Position numbers and translations under genes: made by a program
Origin: Chloroflexota bacterium
Lineage (GTDB): Bacteria; Chloroflexota; Chloroflexia; Chloroflexales; Herpetosiphonaceae
Direction: 5' to 3'
NCBI GenBank assembly: GCA_020161265.1
Contig: JAIUOC010000003.1
Span: 363,024-427,023, forward strand
Length of the DNA: 64,000 nucleotides
Part shown: positions 55,690 to 64,000 of the stretch, piece by piece
Numbering within the stretch: the first letter of the stretch is position 1
Layout of the letters: each line of letters starts with the position of its first letter
Notes under the pieces: model-generated
Told to the model about the DNA's origin: nothing
Seen by the model: the letters and a program-made list of their open reading frames with translations, nothing else
Database searches by the model: none

Positions 55690-56912
55690 GCATAAATCGA
55701 TGAATCAACATCGAAAATAAGCCCTTCGTTGGCCAATTCTAGGGCTGGATCAAGCTGGTTCAACAAACGGCGCTCATAGACAATCCAGCGATTTTTACCA
55801 GTTTCCTTGGCCTCGTAAAGCGCTAAATCGGCAGCAGTCAGCAATTGGGCTTCATTGAAGCCATGCGTTCCACATACCGCAATCCCAATGCTGACTGTAT
55901 GCTGAATCACCTGATCATTCCAGACGGTTGGCTGCTGTTGGATCGCTTGACGTAAGCGTTCAGCCATCAAGGTTGCTTGCTGAATCGTATCGGCATCAAC
56001 AATTAACAGAAACTCTTCACCACCCCAGCGCCCAATTAGATCGTTAATTCGCACTTGTTCGCTTAGCACCAAGGCAATATGCCGCAACACAGAATCGCCT
56101 GCGTGGTGACCATAGCGATCATTAATTTGCTTGAAACAATCAATATCGAGCATGATTACCGCAAAACCCTGCTGATTGCGCCGCCATTTGGCAATTGCCT
56201 GCTCTAGATATTCGTTGATTGCACGGCGATTGGCGATGCCAGTTAAGACATCAATACTGGCTAAGGCCGATAAATCACATTGCATGCGCTGAGTAATCAT
56301 TACCGCAAAGCCACCAGTCCACAGCAGCGAAAGCAGCAAAATCAACACGCTATAGCCTAATTTCAAGGTCGTCAGGCTGGGCCAGCGCTGGCTATACCAA
56401 AAATAGGCCAAGCCCAAAACAACAATCGCAATTTTGAGGCTCAAGGCCAACGCCAATAATCGGCTAGCACTTTGATACGGGATGGTGCGCTGGAAAAACA
56501 CCTGGAGTGCAGTATAGGCCATTCCAGCACTCCCGATCAGCATCGCCAAATTGATAATTAAGCCTGAATCGGCAAACAACCATGCTCCCAAACTAAGCAT
56601 TGCAGCAACGATTAGCCAGCAGATCGCATAAATTTTGGCTGAGCTGGCGGCTCCAATGAAGCGTAAAATGCCACTGCTTAGCCCAAACAAGCCACTGAGA
56701 ATCAGAATATAACTACTTGTGATTGCTACGATTGAGGCTTGGGGCAATAACGCCAAGGCTAAAAAGCCCAAACCTAAGCCAATCGTGCCAAACAAAAAGC
56801 AGCGAATTCCTTGATAGCGCCGAACAAAGACTAAAAAAGCTCCAATTACTAATGCTTGGAGCAACAAGCCAATTCCGACAATTAAGGCAACCGTTGGCTG
56901 GTCGAGCGCCAT
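55686..56912 (-). CDS. diguanylate cyclase (GGDEF) with a multi-TM N-terminal domain
   Basis: GGAGG RBS 8 nt upstream of MALDQPT. About 8 TM helices, then a GGDEF domain with RWGGEEFLLI. Confidence 0.85.
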   Translation of the reverse strand: MALDQPTVALIVGIGLLLQALVIGAFLVFVRRYQGIRCFLFGTIGLGLGFLALALLPQASIVAITSSYILILSGLFGLSSGILRFIGAASSAKIYAICWLIVAAMLSLGAWLFADSGLIINLAMLIGSAGMAYTALQVFFQRTIPYQSASRLLALALSLKIAIVVLGLAYFWYSQRWPSLTTLKLGYSVLILLLSLLWTGGFAVMITQRMQCDLSALASIDVLTGIANRRAINEYLEQAIAKWRRNQQGFAVIMLDIDCFKQINDRYGHHAGDSVLRHIALVLSEQVRINDLIGRWGGEEFLLIVDADTIQQATLMAERLRQAIQQQPTVWNDQVIQHTVSIGIAVCGTHGFNEAQLLTAADLALYEAKETGKNRWIVYERRLLNQLDPALELANEGLIFDVDSSIYA

Positions 56913-57190
56913 GCCGCCTACCTCCGCAGGATGGGTAAATGGCCAAAAGCTAACGCACTCATCGCGGTTGGCTGCGGAGTTAGCAGAAGTTGCCAAAGCC
57001 AAGACCACAATATGAAGCGTCTTTGAATATTCGCCAAACGTATGTAGTTAATTGTGAGTGGTTATATCACAAACCAATTGATCTATTTTTGGATATAACC
57101 ACAATACCACCGATTGTAGGTTTGCTAAAGTAGCAATTTAGTAGCCAAACCAACCGCTGATTTGGCTAGTATCAAGACGGATTTACCAGT

Positions 57191-58681
57191 TTATTCTTGC
57201 CAATTGAGCGTGCGTTGCACTGCTTTGTTCCATTGTGCATACAAGCTATCACGCTGATCGCTGCTCATTTGCGGCTCCCAGCGCTTGCTTTCGCTCCAAT
57301 TGGCACATAATTCAGCCGGATTCGCCCAGTAGCCAACGGCCAAACCGGCGGCGTAGGCTGCTCCCAAGGCAGTGGTTTCGGCAACTTTAGGCCGTACAAC
57401 TGGCACACCCAAAATATCAGCCTGAAACTGCATCAATAATTCATTCGCCACCATTCCGCCATCAACTTTGAGCGCTGTCAACTTAACCCCTGAATCTTGG
57501 GCCATGGCGCTGACGACTTCGCGGGTTTGGTAGGCAGTCGCTTCAAGCGCCGCCCGTGCGATATGCGCTTTATTGGCATAGCGCGTTAGCCCAACCAACA
57601 CGCCCCGCGCGTCGGAGCGCCAATGTGGGGCAAACAAGCCCGAAAAGGCGGGCACAAGATACACGCCGCCATTATCGGCTACGCTGGTAGCCAATGGTTC
57701 GACCTCAGCCGCACTGTGAATAATGCCTAAATTGTCGCGTAGCCATTGCACCAACGAGCCAGTTACTGCGATTGAGCCTTCTAAGGCCCACGTTGGCTGC
57801 TTGCCAAAATGATAAGCTGGCGTGGTGATTAAGCCATGGCGCGATTGCACCAAGCGTTCGCCAGTATTGAGCAGCATAAAATTGCCGGTGCCATAGGTGT
57901 TTTTGGCCTCGCCAACTTCAAAACACACTTGCCCAACCGTCGCCGCCTGTTGATCGCCCAAAATGCCTGCTAATGGCACGCCATCGAGTTGGCCGCGACA
58001 TGTGCCATACACCTCGCTTGAGGATCGCACACTTGGCAACATGCTGCGCGGAATGCGAAAAATCTCCAATAATTCAGCATCCCAATCGCCAGTCGCGAGG
58101 TTGAGCAGTAAGGTACGTGAGGCATTGGTGGTGTCGGTGATGTGCAAGCCGCCATGAGGGCCGCCTGTCAACCACCAAGCGACAAAACAATCGATCGTGC
58201 CAAATAACAAATTGCCTGCTTCAGCCGCTGCCTGCGCACCCTCAACTTGATCAAGTAGCCAACGAATTTTGGTGGCCGAGAAGTAGGTCGCCAAGGGCAA
58301 GCCAGTTTGCGCCCGAAAACGATCTTGTCCACCGTCGGCAGCAAATTGGCGCACCAGCGAATCTGTGCGGGTATCTTGCCAAACTAAAGCATTGTAGATT
58401 GCCTTGCCCGTGTGGCGATCCCAAATGACGGTTGTTTCACGCTGATTGGTAATGCCCAGCGCCGCCAGATCGCTTTTTTCGATGTTGGCCGCCGCTAGTG
58501 CTCCTGCGATCACGCCCTGGGTTCGTTGCCAAATCTCAGCAGGATTATGCTCAACCCAGCCTGGCTGTGGGAAAATCTGGGCATGCTCACGTTGATCAAC
58601 TCCAACAACATTGCCATTATGATCGAAAACCATACAGCGCGTGCTGGTTGTACCTTGGTCGAGTGCCGCAATATACTGCAT
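57191..58681 (-). CDS. glpK: glycerol kinase
   Basis: 496 aa. [32 protein letters not shown]; the full FGGY kinase signature. Confidence 0.95.
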   Translation of the reverse strand: MQYIAALDQGTTSTRCMVFDHNGNVVGVDQREHAQIFPQPGWVEHNPAEIWQRTQGVIAGALAAANIEKSDLAALGITNQRETTVIWDRHTGKAIYNALVWQDTRTDSLVRQFAADGGQDRFRAQTGLPLATYFSATKIRWLLDQVEGAQAAAEAGNLLFGTIDCFVAWWLTGGPHGGLHITDTTNASRTLLLNLATGDWDAELLEIFRIPRSMLPSVRSSSEVYGTCRGQLDGVPLAGILGDQQAATVGQVCFEVGEAKNTYGTGNFMLLNTGERLVQSRHGLITTPAYHFGKQPTWALEGSIAVTGSLVQWLRDNLGIIHSAAEVEPLATSVADNGGVYLVPAFSGLFAPHWRSDARGVLVGLTRYANKAHIARAALEATAYQTREVVSAMAQDSGVKLTALKVDGGMVANELLMQFQADILGVPVVRPKVAETTALGAAYAAGLAVGYWANPAELCANWSESKRWEPQMSSDQRDSLYAQWNKAVQRTLNWQE

Positions 58682-58734
58682 ACAACATTACCTCATTGTA
58701 ATACGTGGAGATTGGTTGTCGGGAATCGGTCGTT

Positions 58735-58945
58735 TTGATCCACGAAGGACACGAAGGGAGATTAGGCTATCGACTGATGGCTATCGGCTTTTGGAGTAGA
58801 GAATTTTGAAATGATTAAAATATTCCGATAGCCTATAGCCCATAGCCATTAATCCTCTGCGCTAAATGCCGCTCCCTAAATCCCTATATTCTCTGCTGTT
58901 AACTTCATCCCTCATCCTTCATCCTTCATCCCTTCGTGCTGTCAT
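58735..58945. repeat. mosaic intergenic repeat R8
   Basis: gatccacgaaggacacgaagggag; ctatcgactgatggctatcgg; ccgatagcctatagcccatagccat; aatcctctgcgct; catccctcatccttcatccttcatccc. Confidence 0.6.
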
Positions 58946-59029
58946 CGCTTTGTAACCTTAACCGATTGAATCCATGGTTGGCAAGCCTTAGGCTAAACCT
59001 CACAGCTATCGTTTTAGGAGGGACGGCAT

Positions 59030-59644
59030 ATGGCCTTAGCAACCTTTCGACTTAACTTCCTACCGCGCCTCCGTGATGGTCGGCAGATTCGGCGGTATCG
59101 TCACCACTTGCTTGAAGGTGAGAGTTTGGTTGGCTCCCAACCATTGCTGCCCCATTTGCAACGTTTGCCGCTGCAATTTCAACAAGTTGAGGGCGGCCCA
59201 TCGATGACCTTGCGCGATGCCCTGCGCGAAACGCCGCGTTTGGCCTTGATCGAGCCAGGTTCGCGGTCGTTGGCCATGCGCCAATTATGTTTGCAATGGG
59301 CACGCGGCGCTCAATTACCAACCGCCTATTTGCCGTTGCTCTATCAGGTGCAACAGCCGCTAAGCCGGCTAACTCAGCCGTTGCATTTGCTGCACCAAGA
59401 GATTGAGAAGCTTGGCTTTGCCATGACTGAATTGGCTGTTAAACGTGGCTTAGCCGCTGGTTTATGGTTGTTATTGATCGAAGGCTGGGATCAACTTAAT
59501 CAAAGTGATCAACAACGTTGGTCAAATTGGGTCAGCAGTTGGCTCGAACGCTATCCAGCCTTATCAATGATGCTTTCAACCAGCAAACCGCAAACGATTC
59601 CCCATCAATTTGCCTTGTGGCACAGTGTGCAATGGCGTTTCTAA
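59030..59644 (+). CDS. hypothetical protein (possible degenerate NTPase remnant)
   Basis: 204-codon ORF. LLLIEGWDQL resembles a NACHT/NB-ARC Walker B, but no intact Walker A is present. Confidence 0.3.
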   Translation: MALATFRLNFLPRLRDGRQIRRYRHHLLEGESLVGSQPLLPHLQRLPLQFQQVEGGPSMTLRDALRETPRLALIEPGSRSLAMRQLCLQWARGAQLPTAYLPLLYQVQQPLSRLTQPLHLLHQEIEKLGFAMTELAVKRGLAAGLWLLLIEGWDQLNQSDQQRWSNWVSSWLERYPALSMMLSTSKPQTIPHQFALWHSVQWRF

Positions 59645-60942
59645 GGCTGCTGTTTTTGGATCGTTTTTAGGGCTTGTTCAGCGCGAGCTACGGCCTCGGC
59701 ATCAAGTTGCTCGGCATAGCGGGCTTGGGTATAGATAGCTGTTAGTTCAGCAATCGCTGACTCGTTGGTTGGCTGTTGTTGCGCATATCCACGCCCATAT
59801 TCGTGAGCTGTTTGATGTTTGCTACGTGGTTGGCCATGATCTTCGCCCAACTCCAAAAATCGCGTATAAATTCGCCGCACTTTTTGTACCTGTGGATCGT
59901 TGGTATCAAGTTTCCATGGTTTTTTGCGCCGAAAGCGCTCCAAAATTTGCTCACGCAAGCTATCGAACGACCAAATCGATTGTTCGATGACGACTTCGCC
60001 TTGGGCAATCGGCCTGGTTTCAAAATCACGCAGCCAGTGCACTACCCGATAAATCAGCCAGGCAATCATCATAAGCAGAATGATCGCCACCCCAATATTC
60101 AGCAGATCGCCGAGCCACGAGCTGACTTGGCTGGTTTCTTCAGGCATTAAACTTGAGGGATCGACCACTTGGGGCATGCTTGGCTCAATTGGCGGGCGTT
60201 GATTGGGCTTGAATGAGGGAATCAACCAGCCAACCAACCATGATAAAGCCACCGCTAAACCGCCAGCAATCAGCACTATTCCATCCATAAATGCGCCTAA
60301 AATGAGGCCCAAGATGCTGCGCTGACCGTCGGCAATCCCAAACAAGAGCAAGGGAATCGCTACCAGTGCCAAGGTAAATAGGCTGCTCCAACCCAACATC
60401 GGCGGGGTTTGCAACTCGGCTTGGTTGCTCTGATCGAGCATAATCGCAAATAAACAGGCTGCCACAAACGCCAAGGCTTGAATGATAAAAAGTTGCAGTA
60501 AACCTGGTTGTTCTAATGCGCCACGGGTCATGACTGGGCCAAGCGCCACAAATGCCACCAACACGCCCAGACCCCGCCAAAAGAGCTGTTGCAACCAATC
60601 GTGATTCCATTGATCAGCATTGATCGCCCGCGACATCAAAAAGCCCGCCCCAAATCCACTCAAGACCAATTCTTGGCCACTGCGTTCGCTGCGAATCCAG
60701 AGCCAGCCAACCATGGTGATGCCAATCGCAGCGGCAGCAGTAATGATCGCGCTGCGCTGACGCAAACGTTGGCGCAAACTAGCCATTGTGATCATGCCAA
60801 ACACGAAAATTGGCCAGCGCCAAACCGCACTTGGTTGATCGCCAACACTATCAAGGCTATTCAGCACAACGCTGATCAAGCTGCTATAGGCGATGCATGC
60901 GCTGAGCAAAACGATTAATTTGGCGCTCTGACGATTGATCAT
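59641..60942 (-). CDS. DUF4129-domain polytopic membrane protein (third gene of the MoxR/DUF58 triad)
   Basis: Multiple TM helices. C-terminal KHQTAHEYGRGY...LTAIYTQARYAEQ (DUF4129-like). Overlaps the upstream gene by 4 nt. Confidence 0.6.
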   Translation of the reverse strand: MINRQSAKLIVLLSACIAYSSLISVVLNSLDSVGDQPSAVWRWPIFVFGMITMASLRQRLRQRSAIITAAAAIGITMVGWLWIRSERSGQELVLSGFGAGFLMSRAINADQWNHDWLQQLFWRGLGVLVAFVALGPVMTRGALEQPGLLQLFIIQALAFVAACLFAIMLDQSNQAELQTPPMLGWSSLFTLALVAIPLLLFGIADGQRSILGLILGAFMDGIVLIAGGLAVALSWLVGWLIPSFKPNQRPPIEPSMPQVVDPSSLMPEETSQVSSWLGDLLNIGVAIILLMMIAWLIYRVVHWLRDFETRPIAQGEVVIEQSIWSFDSLREQILERFRRKKPWKLDTNDPQVQKVRRIYTRFLELGEDHGQPRSKHQTAHEYGRGYAQQQPTNESAIAELTAIYTQARYAEQLDAEAVARAEQALKTIQKQQP

Positions 60943-62126
60943 GGCTCCCTCTGGTGACTATGAATCAGCTTAACTCCAGCAACTTTTGGCGCATGCTGGC
61001 CCAAATAGAGCCAAACGGGGGCATAGCCATATTCGCGCAAACGGGCCAAGGCGCTGCGATGAGCCGGCGTATCTACCGTGCTAATCAGCAAAACCGTCGC
61101 GCCTAGCGGTAAGCGCGATTGTTCACGCCCAATAAATTTGGCAATTTCTAGCCGCGAGTAGAGCGACATTTGGGCCAATACTTCCAAGATCGCGCTGGCC
61201 TGTTTGGGGCTACGATTGGGCGGCAGTTGGATGGCGGTGTTGCCTTCAACTAGTGCTGCATTCGACCATAAACCAACCGCATGGCCAGCTTTATGCAAAG
61301 CGCTACAAACCGTTGCCGCCATACTAATTAAACGTTCACCCTGAAATTTATTCACCCCCAGATAGGAGGGTACAATCGTTTCAATATCGAGAATACACAT
61401 CACTGTCAATGCAGTGACTGGCTCGTAAATGCGAGTTTGCAGTTGCCCCCGTCGTGCCGTCGCCGTCCAATGAATGCTTTTGAGCGGGTCGCTTTGGGTA
61501 TAATCGCGGATACCAATCGGCACAACTGGATCAGTCAATAAGCGCTGCGAAGCGCGAATCGTGCCCAATAATTCGCGTAAGGGCAAGCCTAATTCTGGCT
61601 CAGTCAACAAGCGAGGATAGACGATCAAGCGATCAATCTCATTAATTGTTGCGCGACTAATACTCAACCCAAGCGGATCGCTGGCACTCAAATTGGCTGG
61701 GCCAAAACGGTGCAAACCGCGCTGTGGGCACAAAATTGTATATTGGCGGGTTACTTGTTGATAGCTGCTGATACCAAATGCCCGCGCTAGTACCCGATAA
61801 TTGGGGCTGGCGGCGGGCTGGGTTTCAATCTGCTCAAGTGTGATGCCAACTGGCACCAAATCGTGCAAATTAACAAATGGCAAGGGCAAAAATTTGCGAT
61901 TGCGCAGGGTAATGCTGAGGGTCGTGCGGTTATCAGGGAACAGATGGGTATGACCTAGTTCACGTTGGTAATCAACATGCTTAAACATGCGCCATTCCCA
62001 TAATTCGACCGCGAGCAAGGCCATAATCCCTAGCATCGTGACCAACGGCAACAGCGTTACATCGCTCAGCAAGCCAATAATCAAGAGCAAGACCAAAACA
62101 AATAAGCCTGCTCGTCGCCCTTTCAT
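60939..62126 (-). CDS. DUF58 domain protein (vWA-like, MoxR partner)
   Basis: N-terminal TM pair. DUF58 core VYPRLL...GIRDYTQSDPLKSIHWTATARRGQLQTRIYE. Confidence 0.8.
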   Translation of the reverse strand: MKGRRAGLFVLVLLLIIGLLSDVTLLPLVTMLGIMALLAVELWEWRMFKHVDYQRELGHTHLFPDNRTTLSITLRNRKFLPLPFVNLHDLVPVGITLEQIETQPAASPNYRVLARAFGISSYQQVTRQYTILCPQRGLHRFGPANLSASDPLGLSISRATINEIDRLIVYPRLLTEPELGLPLRELLGTIRASQRLLTDPVVPIGIRDYTQSDPLKSIHWTATARRGQLQTRIYEPVTALTVMCILDIETIVPSYLGVNKFQGERLISMAATVCSALHKAGHAVGLWSNAALVEGNTAIQLPPNRSPKQASAILEVLAQMSLYSRLEIAKFIGREQSRLPLGATVLLISTVDTPAHRSALARLREYGYAPVWLYLGQHAPKVAGVKLIHSHQREP

Positions 62127-63097
62127 GCTCGTTCCTCAACTGGAGTTGCAATGCTTTTGACAATATCAGCTAGAATTTTTTCAGGGCTGCGTTGAGCCAA
62201 ACGGGCTTCAGCATTCAAAATCAGCCGATGGGCTAAAACGCTGGGCACAAGTTGCTTCACATCATCAGGCAGCACAAAATCGCGGCCATGAATTAATGCC
62301 CAAGCTTGGGCGGCGCGGGTTAAGGCCAATGAGCCACGTGGGCTAGCGCCTAATTCAATTTCGCCATGTTCGCGGGTTGCCCGCACAATCGCAATTGCAT
62401 AATTGCGCACTGCATCGCTCAAATGCACAGTGCGTACTGCCTGAATTGCCGCCAACAGCTGGCTTTGATCGCTCACGGCCTGCATCGCCACCCATGGATC
62501 GCCTTGATTAAAGCGTTGGATAATCGCATGTTCTTCGGCTTCGCTGGGATAGCCCAAATTCACTCGCAGCAAAAAGCGGTCGAGTTGGGCTTCGGGCAAG
62601 GGAAAAGTGCCTTCTAATTCGATTGGGTTTTGGGTGGCAAGCACCAAAAATGGCCGCGTTAATTGATGAGTTTCGCCATCAATCGTAATCGTGGCTTCGG
62701 CCATAGCTTCGAGCAAGGCCGATTGGGTGCGCGGCGTAGCGCGGTTAATTTCATCGGCCAGCACAATATTGGCAAACAACGGTCCAGCTCGAAACTGAAA
62801 TTCACTCAATTTTTGATTATAAAAATTCAGGCCAGTTACGTCGCTGGGCAATAAGTCGGGAGTAAATTGCACTCGCCGAAATTGACAATCAAGGCTTTGG
62901 GCTAGCGCCCGAATCAGGGTGGTTTTGCCCACGCCTGGCACATCTTCTAGCAGCACATGGCCTTCGCACAACAGCGCGGTTAGCAATAAATCGATGCTGG
63001 TTTGCTTTCCAACCACCACCTGCCCAACTTGCCGACGTAACTGTTCAGCCCATGTTTGAATATTTAATCCCGTCATGATTTCCCTCAAACCACACAA
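62123..63097 (-). CDS. MoxR-family AAA+ ATPase
   Basis: VVGKQTSIDLLLTALLCEGHVLLEDVPGVGKTTL; LADEINRATPRTQSALLEAMAE; VLATQNPIE. Start 63097 or 63076. Confidence 0.9.
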   Translation of the reverse strand: MCGLREIMTGLNIQTWAEQLRRQVGQVVVGKQTSIDLLLTALLCEGHVLLEDVPGVGKTTLIRALAQSLDCQFRRVQFTPDLLPSDVTGLNFYNQKLSEFQFRAGPLFANIVLADEINRATPRTQSALLEAMAEATITIDGETHQLTRPFLVLATQNPIELEGTFPLPEAQLDRFLLRVNLGYPSEAEEHAIIQRFNQGDPWVAMQAVSDQSQLLAAIQAVRTVHLSDAVRNYAIAIVRATREHGEIELGASPRGSLALTRAAQAWALIHGRDFVLPDDVKQLVPSVLAHRLILNAEARLAQRSPEKILADIVKSIATPVEERA

Positions 63098-64000
63098 TTA
63101 ATCATCTTCGACAACTGGTAGGGCTACGGTGAAGGTGCTGCCGCGGCCTTCGCTGCTGGCAACCCAAACCACACCGCCATGGCCTTCGACCAAGTGTTTG
63201 ACAATCGCCAAACCTAAACCTGTGCCACCAACCCCGCGTGTCCGTGCCCGATCAACTTTATAGAAACGCTCGAAAATTCGCGGAATCGCCTCGGCTGGAA
63301 TGCCCGCGCCAGTATCGTGAATTGCCATAATCACCCAGCGATTGCTTGGCTCAAGCATGCGGCTCAGATGATGGCCAAGTTCGCTACGCGAACGTAAGCC
63401 AGCTTCAATCGTAATCGTGCCGCCAGCATCAGTCCATTTAACGGCATTATGCAACAAATTGAGCAGCACTTGGCTAATTCGGTCGCGATCAACATAGACT
63501 TCGGGCAGATCAGGCGCAATTGTCACCGCCACTCGCAGATCTTTGCGCTTGGCTTGCGGCTGAATCCGATCATTGGCCCGTTCAACAATATCTTCAACGG
63601 GAGTTGGCTGCAATTGCAAGGCCGTGCGCCCCGATTCGATCTGCGAAAGTTCGTGCAATTCATCGACCAACTGCATCACCGCGTCAAGCTCGGTATCGAC
63701 TTGGCCAAGCATGCGTTGGGCTAATTCGGGTGGTGGTTGGGTGGCCAAAGTTTCAACCAAGAGTTTGATTGAGGCTAGCGGCGTGCGTAATTCGTGCGAA
63801 ACGTTCGCCACCAAATCACGCCGCGCCCGCTCCAACAAACTCAGTTGGGTCAAATCTCGCGCCAGAATTAACGCGCCGCTTTCAGGCATTGGCTCACACC
63901 AAATCCGAATTGTCCGATTCGAAAGCACTGGTTGCAAGGTTACTTGCTGCGGGTCGCGTCGCCGAATCGATTGCTCAATCATCGTATCGGCCTGATAATC
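63098..64000 (-). CDS. sensor histidine kinase (HisKA + HATPase_c), C-terminal part; N-terminus beyond the right edge of the window
   Basis: H-box VSHELRTPL. N, G1 and G2 boxes (LLHNAVKWT, HDTGAGI, GTGLGLAIV). The open frame continues to position 64000. Confidence 0.8.
   Translation of the reverse strand, partial: DYQADTMIEQSIRRRDPQQVTLQPVLSNRTIRIWCEPMPESGALILARDLTQLSLLERARRDLVANVSHELRTPLASIKLLVETLATQPPPELAQRMLGQVDTELDAVMQLVDELHELSQIESGRTALQLQPTPVEDIVERANDRIQPQAKRKDLRVAVTIAPDLPEVYVDRDRISQVLLNLLHNAVKWTDAGGTITIEAGLRSRSELGHHLSRMLEPSNRWVIMAIHDTGAGIPAEAIPRIFERFYKVDRARTRGVGGTGLGLAIVKHLVEGHGGVVWVASSEGRGSTFTVALPVVEDD

Noticed and set aside
59030-59644. Possible STAND/NACHT NTPase
   Set aside because: Only a Walker-B-like LLLIEGWDQL is present, with no P-loop. 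The protein is too short. It is kept as a hypothetical or possible decayed remnant.
1-64000. Searched for transposases, integrases, rRNA and phage genes
   Set aside because: None were recognised. Apart from the repeat cassettes and the AT-rich WD40 gene, the window looks like native chromosome.

Overview
This 64 kb window reads as chromosomal DNA from a filamentous, signalling-rich bacterium. It is about 52% GC. It is densely coding, with an unusual family of mosaic intergenic repeats built from heptamer arrays (GGGATGA, CTTCGTG and CTCTGCG types). I suspect a Chloroflexi/Herpetosiphon-like origin, but that is inference only.

Recognisable genes include:
- ordinary housekeeping genes: YifB/ComM AAA+ ATPase, an ABC exporter, Lon protease, an ABC-F ATPase, uridine kinase, glycerol kinase, tRNA-Ser(GGA) and a MoxR-DUF58-DUF4129 triad;
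- a small redox/xenobiotic set: TetR, SDR, MDR quinone reductase, a PhnB-like VOC protein and a WYL regulator;
- many signal-transduction genes: a DegS/DegU-like pair, a REC-GAF-HK hybrid, an OmpR regulator, orphan receivers, a GGDEF protein, and a Ser/Thr kinase fused to two FGE-sulfatase domains.

Three regions look like more than routine annotation.
1. A 10.7 kb translationally coupled chemosensory operon at 24139-34875: CheW, CheW, multi-TM MCP, CheA-REC, CheY, CheB, CheR-TPR. It ends in a PP2C phosphatase, a TPR protein and an RsbW-like GHKL kinase, i.e. a Che-like pathway wired to a partner-switching output with no STAS partner in cis.
2. An oxidative neighbourhood at 40510-50554: a caspase-like C14 peptidase, a catalase-related haem protein, a LodA-like quinoprotein amino-acid oxidase (D-x3-C motif) overlapping a LodB-like flavoprotein, three tandem paralogous class-A flavin monooxygenases, and a DJ-1/PfpI protein. 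I read this as a candidate H2O2-generating weapon or cell-death module with built-in protection.
3. A SUKH (SMI1/KNR4) immunity-type gene at 38940-39443, sitting in a 1.1 kb cassette bounded by inverted repeats and made largely of the mosaic repeats. The same repeats also supply the C-terminal codons of neighbouring genes.

An AT-rich WD40-like gene at 7651-8694 looks horizontally acquired. I saw no CRISPR arrays, transposases or rRNA genes.
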